Source of the DNA: Candidatus Methanogaster sp.
GTDB lineage: Archaea > Halobacteriota > Methanosarcinia > Methanosarcinales > Methanogasteraceae
Assembly: GCA_013572355.1 (NCBI GenBank)
Contig: QBUV01000093.1
Location: 1-34,874, forward strand
Length of the DNA stretch: 34,874 nt
Direction: 5' to 3'
Part shown: piece after piece, positions 1 to 9,327 of the stretch
How positions within the stretch are numbered: the first letter of the stretch is position 1
Layout: every line of letters begins with the position of its first letter
The notes under the pieces: generated by a model
What the model saw: only the letters and a program-made list of their open reading frames with translations
Told to the model about the DNA's origin: nothing
The model's database searches: none
Position numbers and translations under genes: made by a program

Positions 1-138
1 ATGTTGACGGGTGGTGCTCGACACGAAGATACTGGAATTCGCCCCGATGGCAGTATCGATGGTGTTATAGTGTGTGAGTTTAAGGGTGGTGTAAGAGGGG
101 TGACATACCCTATTTATCTGTTCGAGAGGTAGGAAATA

Positions 139-1128
139 ATGAGAACAACAGTGATGTTTCTGGTGGCATCGCTTGCGATTGTAGCGATTGTAGCGATGTC
201 AGGATGCATCGATGATGCTGCGAACGATGCAGGGAATGCGACTGGCGGTGACGTGAGCAATGAGACGAACACGACACTTGCCAAGGTCGGTGATGAGTTA
301 AGCGGCGGTGATGCCGAAGAGCGTATCGATGAGTCCGAGGCGAAGGTGGGGACGATGCAGGAGTTTGAGCCAGAACCGGAAGTAGAGGCGGCGCCGATAG
401 AACGTAAGGATCCGAATATAACCGTCGAGATGAATGAGACCGTGAACCTGTCCGGACTGAGCGTAACATGTGCGATGGTTAAGAATTACCATTACCACGA
501 GGAAGGTACTGATTGGCGCCCGGAAGTAAGTGTGAGACACATTAAACTATGTGTGGCGGTCACTGTGACCGGCAGCGAAGCGATCGAGACCGGAATGAAG
601 GATTGGTGGATAATGGATGCGCGCGGTAGAAAATACCAGATGATACCGCACACCGACGTAAATCCCATGAAACCGGTGCACAAACTTTCAGATGGTGACA
701 CCATGAACGCATACATCTTATTTGATCTTCCAGGGAATGTGACCGACTTCGTGGCTCAGTATAACCTTAGCAACGTATTTTCGAGCGACGGCGACGTTAT
801 ATCGTGGGTCGTTGGCGATCCAGGTCTACCGGCAGTGTCAGAGCACAGGGACGGGTTCGTGCGATATCCGATAAGGGCAACAGGTAAATACCACTACACG
901 AGCAATCGTACATGGGTCGCTGACAACCTGACTTTTTGTAGTGGTGGTATCGTAGAGTTTGGTGGGGCACCTCTGCACGGACTGGGTACGTGGGAGCTTA
1001 TGGAATCCAATAACTCGTGCAATGCATACAATGTCACATTCGAAGATCGGTTTTACACCGTGAACATTGATGTACTCGGGAGTTGGTCGAGTAACGGATG
1101 TGGCATGGGCAGTTGGAACGAAATATAA
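139..1128 (+). CDS. secreted, probably lipid-anchored protein with a DUF4352-like central domain; rich in N-glycosylation sequons
   Basis: 329-aa ORF. The N-terminal signal peptide ends in a lipobox-like AMSGC. The central block (LSGLSVTCAMVKNY...DWWIMDARGRKYQ...MNAYILFDLPGNV) resembles DUF4352-type beta-sandwich domains from memory. About a dozen N-x-S/T sequons are present. Confidence 0.7.
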   Translation: MRTTVMFLVASLAIVAIVAMSGCIDDAANDAGNATGGDVSNETNTTLAKVGDELSGGDAEERIDESEAKVGTMQEFEPEPEVEAAPIERKDPNITVEMNETVNLSGLSVTCAMVKNYHYHEEGTDWRPEVSVRHIKLCVAVTVTGSEAIETGMKDWWIMDARGRKYQMIPHTDVNPMKPVHKLSDGDTMNAYILFDLPGNVTDFVAQYNLSNVFSSDGDVISWVVGDPGLPAVSEHRDGFVRYPIRATGKYHYTSNRTWVADNLTFCSGGIVEFGGAPLHGLGTWELMESNNSCNAYNVTFEDRFYTVNIDVLGSWSSNGCGMGSWNEI

Positions 1129-1200
1129 TAGGTGAACGGACAGGGATTTCTGTAAAACTTTGAGACACTACCTGAAAACCCCTGTGTCGTTGTGAGCGTT

Positions 1201-2292
1201 TCACTTACGCACAACAACGGTCACAACATCTTCGTCGCTTAACACGTGCGAAAGGCCCACATGCTGCCCTGCATGTTTTGCCGAGTCCCCCCAGACCTGC
1301 GCATACCGAAACTTTCTCACAAAATCACGGTGGATGGTAGAGCAGACCTCAGCCACGGTCGAACTGCCTTTCATGATCATCGGCTCGTCCATATCAGCCG
1401 GCTGCCCCTGCGGCTTCATATAGATACGTATGAACCCGAATTCGGTATATACCCGCTCCTTTAAGGAATTGGTGTTCACGTCCTCATCCGCAGAGATCAT
1501 GATCGCATTAGGAAGCCGCTCCCTGCACGCTGCTATCGTGCGCGCGTCAGCCAGATCGATCTTGTTTACGACGGTTACACCACGGACATACCTGCGATTT
1601 CCTGTAACCACATCGATCAGTTCGTCAACAGTTATATTCGCCCGTATGATCACATTTGCATTGTGTATTTTGTATTCGGATAGCACCGATTGGACGGTTT
1701 TCTTATCGAGATCGATATCAACAGTACTGTTTACACTGATCCCACCCCTATCCGACTTATAGACCGTGATGCGCGGAGGCGCGGTATTGATCCGAATCCC
1801 TGCATCATACAACTCTTTTACGAGCACATCATACTGCTGCAACTGGAACACATCCACAATTATAAGGACCATATCAGCATTCCGGATCACCGAGATCACC
1901 TCCCTTCCACGCCCGCGCCCGATCGCAGCACCCCGGACAAGCCCCGGGACATCGAGAAACTGCATCTGGGTTCCGCGGTACTCAAGTGTACCGGGAATCA
2001 CATCGAGCGTGGTAAACTCATACGCAGCCACCTCGCTTTTGGCACCGGTGAGGACGTTTAACAAGGTGGATTTCCCGACCGATGGGAAACCGACCATTAC
2101 GATGGTGGCGTGTCCCGACTTCTTTACGGCGTATCCCTCGCCACCCGACTTCGATGCTGCCCGCTTCTGCACCTCGTCCCGCAGTCTTGCGATCTTCGCT
2201 TTCAGTCGCCCTATGTGGTGGGATGTCGCCTTGTTGTACGGCGTCTTTCTGATCTCGTCTTCTATGCTCTTGATATCGTCTTCGATTGTCAT
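1201..2292 (-). CDS. DRG-type (developmentally regulated) GTP-binding protein with a C-terminal TGS domain
   Basis: 363 aa. G1 GFPSVGKST, G3 DVPGL, G4 NKID. The basic N-terminal helix (KATSHHIGRLKAKIARLR) and the C-terminal TGS-like tail are typical of archaeal/eukaryotic DRG. Confidence 0.93.
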   Translation of the reverse strand: MTIEDDIKSIEDEIRKTPYNKATSHHIGRLKAKIARLRDEVQKRAASKSGGEGYAVKKSGHATIVMVGFPSVGKSTLLNVLTGAKSEVAAYEFTTLDVIPGTLEYRGTQMQFLDVPGLVRGAAIGRGRGREVISVIRNADMVLIIVDVFQLQQYDVLVKELYDAGIRINTAPPRITVYKSDRGGISVNSTVDIDLDKKTVQSVLSEYKIHNANVIIRANITVDELIDVVTGNRRYVRGVTVVNKIDLADARTIAACRERLPNAIMISADEDVNTNSLKERVYTEFGFIRIYMKPQGQPADMDEPMIMKGSSTVAEVCSTIHRDFVRKFRYAQVWGDSAKHAGQHVGLSHVLSDEDVVTVVVRK

Positions 2293-2407
2293 TTTGTGGG
2301 TGGGTGTACCTGATCGTGGATATGCTTTATAGTATTGGAGTCGGACCGGAAAAATATAGTACCGCGAAACAATCGCCCGGCATCACCGGAGGCGTCATCT
2401 CCGCACC

Positions 2408-3319
2408 TCACGCGCTCATAAACGACGGGGCAATGATCGATTCACGGACCATGGTCGATTCACGGACCAGGTCCTCCCTTGATACGATGCCATACGGATT
2501 TCCGTTGGTGGTCACGACGATGTTTCTTGTGTGGTGCTGATCAAAGAGTTTCGCTACGTCCGGGATCTGGGCATCACCGTCGATGATGATAGGGTCTCTT
2601 GACATGACATCCCTCACCTTCTGATTGGTCAATCCTGATACCAGGGCTTTTGTGATCTGTTCCAGCGTCACAACACCGACAATATTCGTTGAATCAACGC
2701 AAGGAGCGCCACGTATCTGGTGTTTGAGAAGAATCTTCGCAGCATCCTTGATCATGGCATCCATATCGATTGCGACGTTTCCGTTTTGGATACACTCCTT
2801 AACAGCTCGTTTTGGAAGGATTATCAGATCCGAGATCACAAAGATCAGGACGTTTCTTGTATCATCCCTGCCGATCGCCTTTCCCCTGATCACGAGTTTA
2901 TTCTGTGGCGTTGGCCCTATCTTGATGATATCACCGTTGGCAAAATTGCGGATGTCGCCGAGGACCCTGACCCTGCCGTGGCACGTTTCCGGGTGCTGCA
3001 CAGTGGTAAACATGATCTCACAGACGGTTGCACCATCGACCAGTTTTCCATTACGATAAATGTTTGTTATCGTCTTGGCTGGCTGATCGCTGATATCGAG
3101 AATATCATACGTCTGCCCGGTTGGATGATACCCGCCTTTTGGACCTGGCACACCCTCGACGATCCCGAGCATCCGGAGAGCCTGCATCTGATTCCGCACC
3201 GTACCCGGGTTGCGATCGATCACAGCGGCAATCTCCTCTCCTTTCACCGCTCGCCTCTTCTGGTGGAAGAGGTTGATCAGTGTCGTCAATATCTCGGTCT
3301 GGATGGGTGTGAGTTCCAT
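2408..3319 (-). CDS. transcriptional regulator: N-terminal winged helix plus C-terminal tandem CBS domains (COG2524-like architecture)
   Basis: 303 aa. The wHTH segment is GTVRNQMQALRMLGIVEGVPGPKGGY. Two CBS-like repeats lie near the C-terminus (IVGVVTLEQITKAL; PYGIVSREDLVRE). Confidence 0.82.
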   Translation of the reverse strand: MELTPIQTEILTTLINLFHQKRRAVKGEEIAAVIDRNPGTVRNQMQALRMLGIVEGVPGPKGGYHPTGQTYDILDISDQPAKTITNIYRNGKLVDGATVCEIMFTTVQHPETCHGRVRVLGDIRNFANGDIIKIGPTPQNKLVIRGKAIGRDDTRNVLIFVISDLIILPKRAVKECIQNGNVAIDMDAMIKDAAKILLKHQIRGAPCVDSTNIVGVVTLEQITKALVSGLTNQKVRDVMSRDPIIIDGDAQIPDVAKLFDQHHTRNIVVTTNGNPYGIVSREDLVRESTMVRESIIAPSFMSA

Positions 3320-3380
3320 AACTTATTTAAAATCGTAGATTACCCACCATATACCTATCGATTAATAATGAAGAATTGTC

Positions 3381-3782
3381 TCACTTCAGTGATGAGTATG
3401 ATCCAAGAAGGAATAACTCGGCGTCCCGAACTCCCTGCACGGTTTTGGCGAACGTCTGCAGCTCTTCGATCTCGCTGTACTGTTTGAATCTACATATCAC
3501 GAACAACCCGTATTTCCCGGCTGTGGCTTCCCATACTCCAAAAGCCCACTCCTGTTTCCTTAAGAACTCGATTAAATCGTCAACAGCCGATTTCGGGCAC
3601 TCGATTCCGATATACCCGTTGATGCGGTACCCCAGTTCCTCCCAGTTGATTTCGGGGCGATAACCTGTTACAATACCCCGTTCCATGAGCATGCGAACAC
3701 GTAAATTTGCTGTACTTCTCGGAACTTCGACGTATCTGGCAAGTTCGGTCAGCCTGGGACCTACGCCAATGCCCTCAGACAT
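3381..3782 (-). CDS. Lrp/AsnC-family transcriptional regulator; N-terminus apparently clipped (see findings)
   Basis: 133 aa from the first ATG. It has an HTH (LTELARYVEVPRSTANLRVRMLMERGIV) followed by a RAM/AsnC_trans_reg-like domain. The reading frame stays open upstream to 3833 and encodes the expected helix 1 (VDELDEQILEA), but that stretch has no ATG, GTG or TTG. Confidence 0.85.
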   Translation of the reverse strand: MSEGIGVGPRLTELARYVEVPRSTANLRVRMLMERGIVTGYRPEINWEELGYRINGYIGIECPKSAVDDLIEFLRKQEWAFGVWEATAGKYGLFVICRFKQYSEIEELQTFAKTVQGVRDAELFLLGSYSSLK

Positions 3783-4302
3783 TGCTTCAAGAATCTGTTC
3801 ATCCAGTTCATCTACGATAATAGCACATCCATATCAGTTGTTGTGTTGTATTGACATAGTAAATTCTAATCATTCTTTAATGTATTGGTCAGATGGGGCT
3901 ATCAACTTGCTCGAGTGTCCGGATCACTGATTGCCTGACAAACCTTTAGCAAGCATGTTTGGCACGAATAAACAGATAACGTGGACAGACCTCGGTAAAT
4001 CCATGACATTTGTCCGTTTATGGGATTTATAATATGTACCACCATCTAAAATATCATAAAACTGGGTATCGTCTCCCAATGAATTTACAATTTTCTATAA
4101 AATGACCTGGGTCAGATTGCCCCTCCTTAAGCTCGACCGCAACATCAAAGAACATTCCTGTAATTCGTTTCATTCATGTTTTATTTGCAGGTTTTTTTCA
4201 TAAAAAACGAATTTCACAAATCTAAATTGGGTTATTGCGACTCTGATACCACTATAAAAAACAACTCCCAGTTATCCGGACGATCAGGTTATTTCGTTAC
4301 GG

Positions 4303-5733
4303 CTAATTGGAGTCCAGCCTCTCAAGGAGCCCGGTTCTCGCATCTTGCGGATCTGCTCGACCGCGCGTCTTCTTCATCACCTGCCCGACAAGGTAATTAA
4401 GCGCTTTCGCTTCCCCGCGCCTGTAATCAGCGATCGCATCAGTGCATTCGGAAAGTACCTCATCGACAGCAGACGTTACCACGTCTTCTTTCACCTTCGC
4501 AAGTTCCTTTTCAGACACGACCCCACCGGGTGTGCCGCCTTCATCAAGAATCGTCCGTATGACTGTGATTGCGCCCTTTTCAGTGACCACACCGTCCGAA
4601 AACAACCCAAGGATCTTGATCATATCCGCTGTCTTGAATGCGCCGATCTCGAGGTCGCGATAATTGAGTTCCCCTTTCAGCACATCCACGATCCACGAAG
4701 CACTGAGCTTCGGGTCGATTGCGGCGGAAACATCCTCAAAGAACTGCGCGAGTTTTGGCTCGAGCGTTAGCGCGGAGGCATGGTTCTCTGTTATGCTGTA
4801 ATCCTTAAGAAATCGTATACGCTGCGCCTCGGGAAGTTCCGGAATTGTTTCCCTGATCCCAGGCACCCAGTCCATAATCCGCATCGGAACGAGATCGGGC
4901 TCCGGGAAATAGCGATAGTCGTGCTCGGTCTCCTTTGTCCGCATCGAAACAGTGACGCCGCGCAACTCATCGAAGTGCCTCGTCTCCTGCACGACAACCT
5001 CGCCGCGGCGCAGCACATTTCGCTGGCGCACGATCTCGAATGAGAGCGCACGCTCCGCGCCCTTGTACGAAGATATGTTCTTAACCTCGGCACGCTCGCC
5101 GCCGGCAAGCGAGATGTTCGCATCCACACGAATCGCGCCGTCCAGATCCCCATCGAACACATCGAGGTATTCGAGGATGTTTCTGAGTTTATTCAGGAAT
5201 CTTCGTGCCTCTTTCGGGCTTCGGAGGTCTGGCTCTGTCACGATCTCGAGCAGCGGCACGCCGGCACGGTTGTAGTCGACCAACGTGAACTTCGATCGGT
5301 CGATCGTGCCTTCGTGTACCAATCTTCCAGGATCCTCCTCCATGTGGACACGGTTGATCCTGATGCGCCTGACCCCATGCCCCTCATCTCCTTCGATGGC
5401 GAGGTATCCGTTAACCGATATTGGATAATCGTACTGCGTGACCTGAAATCCTTTTGGCAGGTCCGGATAATAGTAATTTTTGCGATAAAACTGTGTCTGT
5501 GGTAGAATCTCGCAATTCATAGCAAGAGCAACCTTTATGGCGCTCTTCACAGCAGATCTGTTCAGTACCGGGAGCGACCCCGGCAGACCGAGGCAGACCG
5601 GGCAGGTGTGGGTGTTTGGTGGCGCGTTGTGGTAATCAAGCCCGCATGAACAGAATAACTTTGAATGAAGTGTATTCAGTTGTACATGAATCTCAAGTCC
5701 GATGATCACGCCATCTTCTGTTCTTGCAGACAT
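4303..5733 (-). CDS. gatB: aspartyl/glutamyl-tRNA(Asn/Gln) amidotransferase subunit B
   Basis: 476 aa. Carries GLEIHVQL, CPVCLGLPGSLPVLN and YYYPDLPKGFQVTQ motifs and a C-terminal YqeY-like tail. The length fits GatB rather than the longer GatE. Confidence 0.94.
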   Translation of the reverse strand: MSARTEDGVIIGLEIHVQLNTLHSKLFCSCGLDYHNAPPNTHTCPVCLGLPGSLPVLNRSAVKSAIKVALAMNCEILPQTQFYRKNYYYPDLPKGFQVTQYDYPISVNGYLAIEGDEGHGVRRIRINRVHMEEDPGRLVHEGTIDRSKFTLVDYNRAGVPLLEIVTEPDLRSPKEARRFLNKLRNILEYLDVFDGDLDGAIRVDANISLAGGERAEVKNISSYKGAERALSFEIVRQRNVLRRGEVVVQETRHFDELRGVTVSMRTKETEHDYRYFPEPDLVPMRIMDWVPGIRETIPELPEAQRIRFLKDYSITENHASALTLEPKLAQFFEDVSAAIDPKLSASWIVDVLKGELNYRDLEIGAFKTADMIKILGLFSDGVVTEKGAITVIRTILDEGGTPGGVVSEKELAKVKEDVVTSAVDEVLSECTDAIADYRRGEAKALNYLVGQVMKKTRGRADPQDARTGLLERLDSN

Positions 5734-5755
5734 TTCTGATGGGTGGGTGTGCAGA

Positions 5756-5769
5756 TTAAATTAAACTTT
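5756..5769 (-). promoter_or_regulatory. candidate BRE/TATA element for gatB, with leaderless-type spacing
   Basis: The minus strand reads AAAG-TTTAATTTAA. The centre of the TATA lies about 27 nt upstream of the gatB ATG at 5733. No Shine-Dalgarno sequence lies between them. Confidence 0.35.
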
Positions 5770-5978
5770 CGGCTATTCGCTTCGGGACAAAAAATAAAAC
5801 CCAAATCCGGAAGGGATACTCATCCGGGCGAGCATCATATAGAAGGCAGGAATACGAAATTCCACAAATGCGCATCAGGTGATAGCGTAATCTTGCAATC
5901 CACAATCGAATGGCTGCGCTTCTGCAAAAGTCCGGTGATCCGCCGAACAAGCCGAACATATACATTATAAGTATTGCG

Positions 5979-6110
5979 ATGGAAACTTCCATCATGCATC
6001 CCGAAGTCTCGGTGATCGTTCCGGCTCTCAATGAGGTGAGATATCTTAAACGAACGCTTGCATCGATCGCAAACCAGAACACAACGGACGCGCCATGGAT
6101 GGCAGCATGA
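5979..6110 (+). pseudogene. N-terminal stub of a family-2 glycosyltransferase
   Basis: METSIMHPEVSVIVPALNEVRYLKRTLASIANQN matches the canonical GT2 start (VSVIIPxxNE...L.SL..Q). It then hits a stop after about 43 codons, and no DxD region follows in any frame. Confidence 0.45.
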
Positions 6111-6168
6111 TCGATAAAATGAGTAAGAAACTCGGAATTGCGGATTTGCGTGATTATGTGGGGATACG

Positions 6169-6840
6169 ATGACAGATACGATACGGTTGGCGGATGCCAA
6201 TTTTGAACGCTTGCGTGCACGGTTGGTCAGCCAACTGAGGCGGCAGATCGGCGGCGGTCACATCAGTGAGCAGGTGCTTGCTGCGATGCGAAACGTGCCC
6301 AGACACCTCTTCGTGCGTGAGAGCGATATATCGAATGCTTACGAGGATTACCCGCTCTCGATCGGGCACGGTCAGACGATCTCCGCGCCGCATATGGTCG
6401 GGATTATGTGCTCACTGCTCGGGATCGAGAAGGGAATGAAGATCCTCGAAATCGGCGGCGGTTCGGGGTACCATGCAGCAGTTCTTGCGGAACTTACTGG
6501 TCCTGGCGGCACGGTATACTCTATCGAACGAATTACTGAGCTTGCGGAGTTTGCACGGCAGAATCTAACAGATGCCGGCTACAAAAACGTCGTCGTCACC
6601 GCAGGCGACGGCACGCTCGGGCTTTCCGAACATGCGCCTTATGACTGCATCACGGTGGCGTGCGCTGCTCCTGCGGTCCCGCAGCCGCTCGTTGACCAGT
6701 TGAAACGGGGCGGCAGGATGACGATCCCGATCGGCAAATACACGCAGGAACTGTATTTGGTTCATAAAAACGACGTGATATCGAAGGAGAAGAGTGGGGG
6801 GGTCGTGTTCGTGCCCCTGATCGGAGAATATGGGTTCTAA
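6169..6840 (+). CDS. pcm: protein-L-isoaspartate O-methyltransferase
   Basis: 223 aa. TISAPHMV motif and SAM-binding ILEIGGGSGYHAAVLAE. The length and C-terminal VFVPL motif are typical of PIMT. Confidence 0.94.
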   Translation: MTDTIRLADANFERLRARLVSQLRRQIGGGHISEQVLAAMRNVPRHLFVRESDISNAYEDYPLSIGHGQTISAPHMVGIMCSLLGIEKGMKILEIGGGSGYHAAVLAELTGPGGTVYSIERITELAEFARQNLTDAGYKNVVVTAGDGTLGLSEHAPYDCITVACAAPAVPQPLVDQLKRGGRMTIPIGKYTQELYLVHKNDVISKEKSGGVVFVPLIGEYGF

Positions 6841-8158
6841 CATGATTGAACGATTAAAGATACGGGACGCAACGGAATCGATCCTTGCCCACGATGGGGT
6901 GCGGGTCATCTCGCACCACGACGCGGACGGAATAACAGCGGCAGGCATCATCTGCCATGCCCTGTACAGGCTCGGGAAACGCTTCCATGCAACCATCATC
7001 AGCCAGCTCGATCGCGGGTTTGCAGACCGGCTGAATGCGGATCATCATGAGGGGATGCTGACAGTCTTCTGCGATATGGGAAGCGGGCATCCCGATGTCA
7101 TAAATGCGGTCACAGGCGACGTTCTCGTGATCGATCACCACACACCGACCGGCGATCTGGCGTGCCCGCATGTGAACCCGCATCTGGTAGGGATCGATGG
7201 CGCATTTGAGCTCTCTGCTTCCGGTGCGGTCTATGCGGTTGCGAAAGGGATCAGTAGCGAGAATGTCGACCTATCAGGACTTGCCATAGCAGGCGCGATC
7301 GGGGACAAGCAACTGATGATCGGTGCGAACGCAGACATCCTTGCAGATGGCGTGCAGAACAGGATCGTATCTGTGAAGAAAGGGATTCGGATCGGGGATG
7401 GGGACGTTTCCGACATTCTCGAACGGAACATCGACATCTATCTCGATATCACTGGCGATGCTGCGAAGGTAAGCGAGTTTCTCGGCGAAGTGGGCGTGAG
7501 CGGCAGCGGCAGATTAAGCGAACTTGTCGAACCGCAGCTCCGAAAACTTGGAACAGCGCTTGCACTGAAGTTGCTGCGTAGGAGCAGTCCTGATGTCATC
7601 GAAAATCTCCTCGGTGATGTGTATACGCTTCGCTGCGAGGTGATCCCGAACGCCGATGACTTCGTATCATGCTTACATGCGTGCGCACGGTTAAATGACA
7701 CGGCTCTTGCGCTCTCGCTCTGCCTTCGGGATCCGGCAGGTGTTTCCCATGCCAGAAGAGCGGTTGTCGATTACCAGCGCACCCTTGTCCGCGAGATGAA
7801 GGCAGCCGAGTCATCCATCCTGCACGGGGACCACATCAAGTACCTGATGCTTGATGATGCGGAGGGCACAGGTATCATCGCAAGCACGGTCACCGGATTT
7901 CTGTACCCGGACCAGCCATGCATCGTCCTTAACCATAGCGATGGCAAGATCAAGATATCTGCCAGAGGCACGAAGCACCTGGTCGCAAGCGGGCTTGACC
8001 TTGCGGAGGTGTTGCGGATCGCTTCTGAGTCTGTGGGCGGCAGGGGTGGCGGGCACAGCATCGCTTCTGGCGCTGCAATCCCAAAGGACGCTGCAGATGC
8101 GTTTATATCGACCGCGGACTCGCTTGTTGGTGCGCAACTTGGTGGTGAACCACAATGA
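6830..8158 (+). CDS. DHH/DHHA1 phosphoesterase, archaeal RecJ/Cdc45-like nuclease
   Basis: 442 aa. DHH motifs are HHDADGITAAG, CDMGSG and VIDHH. The DHHA1 motif is GGRGGGHSIASGA. An alternative start at ATG 6842 (MIERL) is possible. The 3' end overlaps the next gene by ATGA. Confidence 0.85.
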   Translation: MGSNMIERLKIRDATESILAHDGVRVISHHDADGITAAGIICHALYRLGKRFHATIISQLDRGFADRLNADHHEGMLTVFCDMGSGHPDVINAVTGDVLVIDHHTPTGDLACPHVNPHLVGIDGAFELSASGAVYAVAKGISSENVDLSGLAIAGAIGDKQLMIGANADILADGVQNRIVSVKKGIRIGDGDVSDILERNIDIYLDITGDAAKVSEFLGEVGVSGSGRLSELVEPQLRKLGTALALKLLRRSSPDVIENLLGDVYTLRCEVIPNADDFVSCLHACARLNDTALALSLCLRDPAGVSHARRAVVDYQRTLVREMKAAESSILHGDHIKYLMLDDAEGTGIIASTVTGFLYPDQPCIVLNHSDGKIKISARGTKHLVASGLDLAEVLRIASESVGGRGGGHSIASGAAIPKDAADAFISTADSLVGAQLGGEPQ

Positions 8159-8679
8159 TCCTATCAAAGAATGAAATTAACGAACTTATGAAGCTTGATC
8201 CTCCGCTCGTTGAGGATATGATCGATCCTGATACCCAGATACAGGTGAACGGCTGCGAACTCACAGTCGATCGCATCTTTGCGTTTGCGGGCACAGGTAC
8301 CAGCACAAGCGCTGGCGCAATCGCCTTCGAGAACAGCGAACGGGTGCTCTCGGAATGCACCGAACTCACATTCGATGACGACGGCTGGATCGATCTTCCT
8401 GCTGGCAGTTACAAGATCGTTTCCAGGGAGGTCGTACACATCCCAAAGGATGCGATTGCGATCGCAAGACCGAGATCGAGCCTCTTACGATGCGCAGTGA
8501 GCGTCGAGACCGCGGTCTGGGATGCCGGCTACGAGGGAAAGAGCGAGTGCCTGCTCATCGTGTTTAATGAGGCAGGATTCAGACTGAAGCGCGGTGCGCG
8601 TGTCGTGCAACTGCTGTTTATGGGGCTTGCGAGCGGGACTGAGGGGTATGATGGTGTGTATCAGGGGTATCTGGGGTGA
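8155..8679 (+). CDS. dCTP deaminase/dUTPase-family protein (short archaeal dUTPase-like form)
   Basis: 174 aa. The N-terminus (QIQVNGCELTVDRIF) and the C-terminal part (VWDAGYEGKSECLL...ARVVQLLF) fit the trimeric dUTPase/Dcd fold. ATGA overlap with the recJ-like gene. Confidence 0.82.
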   Translation: MILSKNEINELMKLDPPLVEDMIDPDTQIQVNGCELTVDRIFAFAGTGTSTSAGAIAFENSERVLSECTELTFDDDGWIDLPAGSYKIVSREVVHIPKDAIAIARPRSSLLRCAVSVETAVWDAGYEGKSECLLIVFNEAGFRLKRGARVVQLLFMGLASGTEGYDGVYQGYLG

Positions 8680-8728
8680 CCACCCACCCCCGATATGACT
8701 AAATATCCATGAGACAATCAGGACCCTG

Positions 8729-9271
8729 ATGATCATCACGATAAGTGGACTGCCCGGAAGCGGAACCAGCACGGTATCCGCGATCCTGTCGAGACGCATC
8801 GGTGTCGAGGTCGTCTCGGCAGGGGACATCTTCCGGAAGATGGCAAAAGAGAGGGGGCTGACGCTTGAGGAGTTCGGAGCATCCGCTTCAGATAGTGAGG
8901 AGATCGACCGGGAGATCGACCGGTTCCAGAAGGAGATCGCAGCGGATGCAAGGGACGGGGGCAAGGATGTGATTCTCGAGGGCAGGCTCTCGGCGTGGAT
9001 GGCAGAGCCCGATCTCGCTGTATTCGTGACAGCACCGCAGGACGTTCGGGCAGCGCGGGTTTCGCATCGCGAGGGGACCTCACTTTCTGATGCGGCTACA
9101 CAGATCCGGGAGCGGGAGTCATGCGAAGCAGCGCGGTATGAGAGATATTACGGCATCGATGTCGATGATTCGAGGGTGTATGACCTCGTGATCAACTCAG
9201 GAAACTGGGATCAGCATGGAGTTGCCAGAATCGTTGCGGCGGCTGTGGATGCACACCAAACGCATAAGTAG
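8729..9271 (+). CDS. cmk: cytidylate kinase (archaeal type)
   Basis: 180 aa. P-loop ISGLPGSGTST. The short archaeal CMP-kinase layout includes the FRKMAKERGLTLEEF segment. Confidence 0.9.
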   Translation: MIITISGLPGSGTSTVSAILSRRIGVEVVSAGDIFRKMAKERGLTLEEFGASASDSEEIDREIDRFQKEIAADARDGGKDVILEGRLSAWMAEPDLAVFVTAPQDVRAARVSHREGTSLSDAATQIRERESCEAARYERYYGIDVDDSRVYDLVINSGNWDQHGVARIVAAAVDAHQTHK

Positions 9272-9286
9272 AGTGACACACCAGTC

Positions 9287-9298
9287 TTTTTAATAAAA
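9287..9298 (+). promoter_or_regulatory. candidate TATA box for the rpl30e-nusA-rps12-rps7 transcription unit
   Basis: TTTTTAATAAAA is centred about 36 nt upstream of the rpl30e ATG at 9328, inside the only AT-rich gap in this gene string. Confidence 0.35.
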
Positions 9299-9327
9299 CC
9301 ACAGTTCAAAAAAAAGAGTTGAAATGA

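Noticed and set aside
1-132. Open frame from the left window edge to TAG at 130..132 (MLTGGARHEDTGIRPDGSIDGVIVCEFKGGVRGVTYPIYLFER*), possibly the 3' end of an upstream gene.
   Set aside because: It covers only 43 codons with no recognisable motif. An open frame of this length is not significant in this composition, so it is not reported as a feature.
4054-4173. 39-codon minus-strand ORF (MKRITGMFFDVAVELKEGQSDPGHFIENCKFIGRRYPVL*) and neighbouring short frames in the AT-rich spacer. I considered a toxin or IS200-like remnant.
   Set aside because: I could not match any family motif convincingly. The vague HV..L..P...LKG resemblance to Y1 transposases does not hold the correct spacing.
3834-4302. 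AT-rich spacer as a replication origin.
   Set aside because: I found no repeated ORB-like elements in it, and no orc1/cdc6 gene lies adjacent. PolD DP1 is 23 kb away.
6119-6172. 17-codon ORF (MSKKLGIADLRDYVGIR*) whose stop overlaps the pcm ATG (ATGA), a possible regulatory uORF.
   Set aside because: It is too short to evaluate and shows no SD or conservation evidence. It lies in a gap that contains a gene stub, so it may just be debris.
6793-6801. Homopolymer tracts inside genes (G7 in pcm around 6795, C7 in nusA around 10033) as phase-variation sites.
   Set aside because: Both reading frames are intact through the tracts, both genes are housekeeping, and there is no evidence of slippage.
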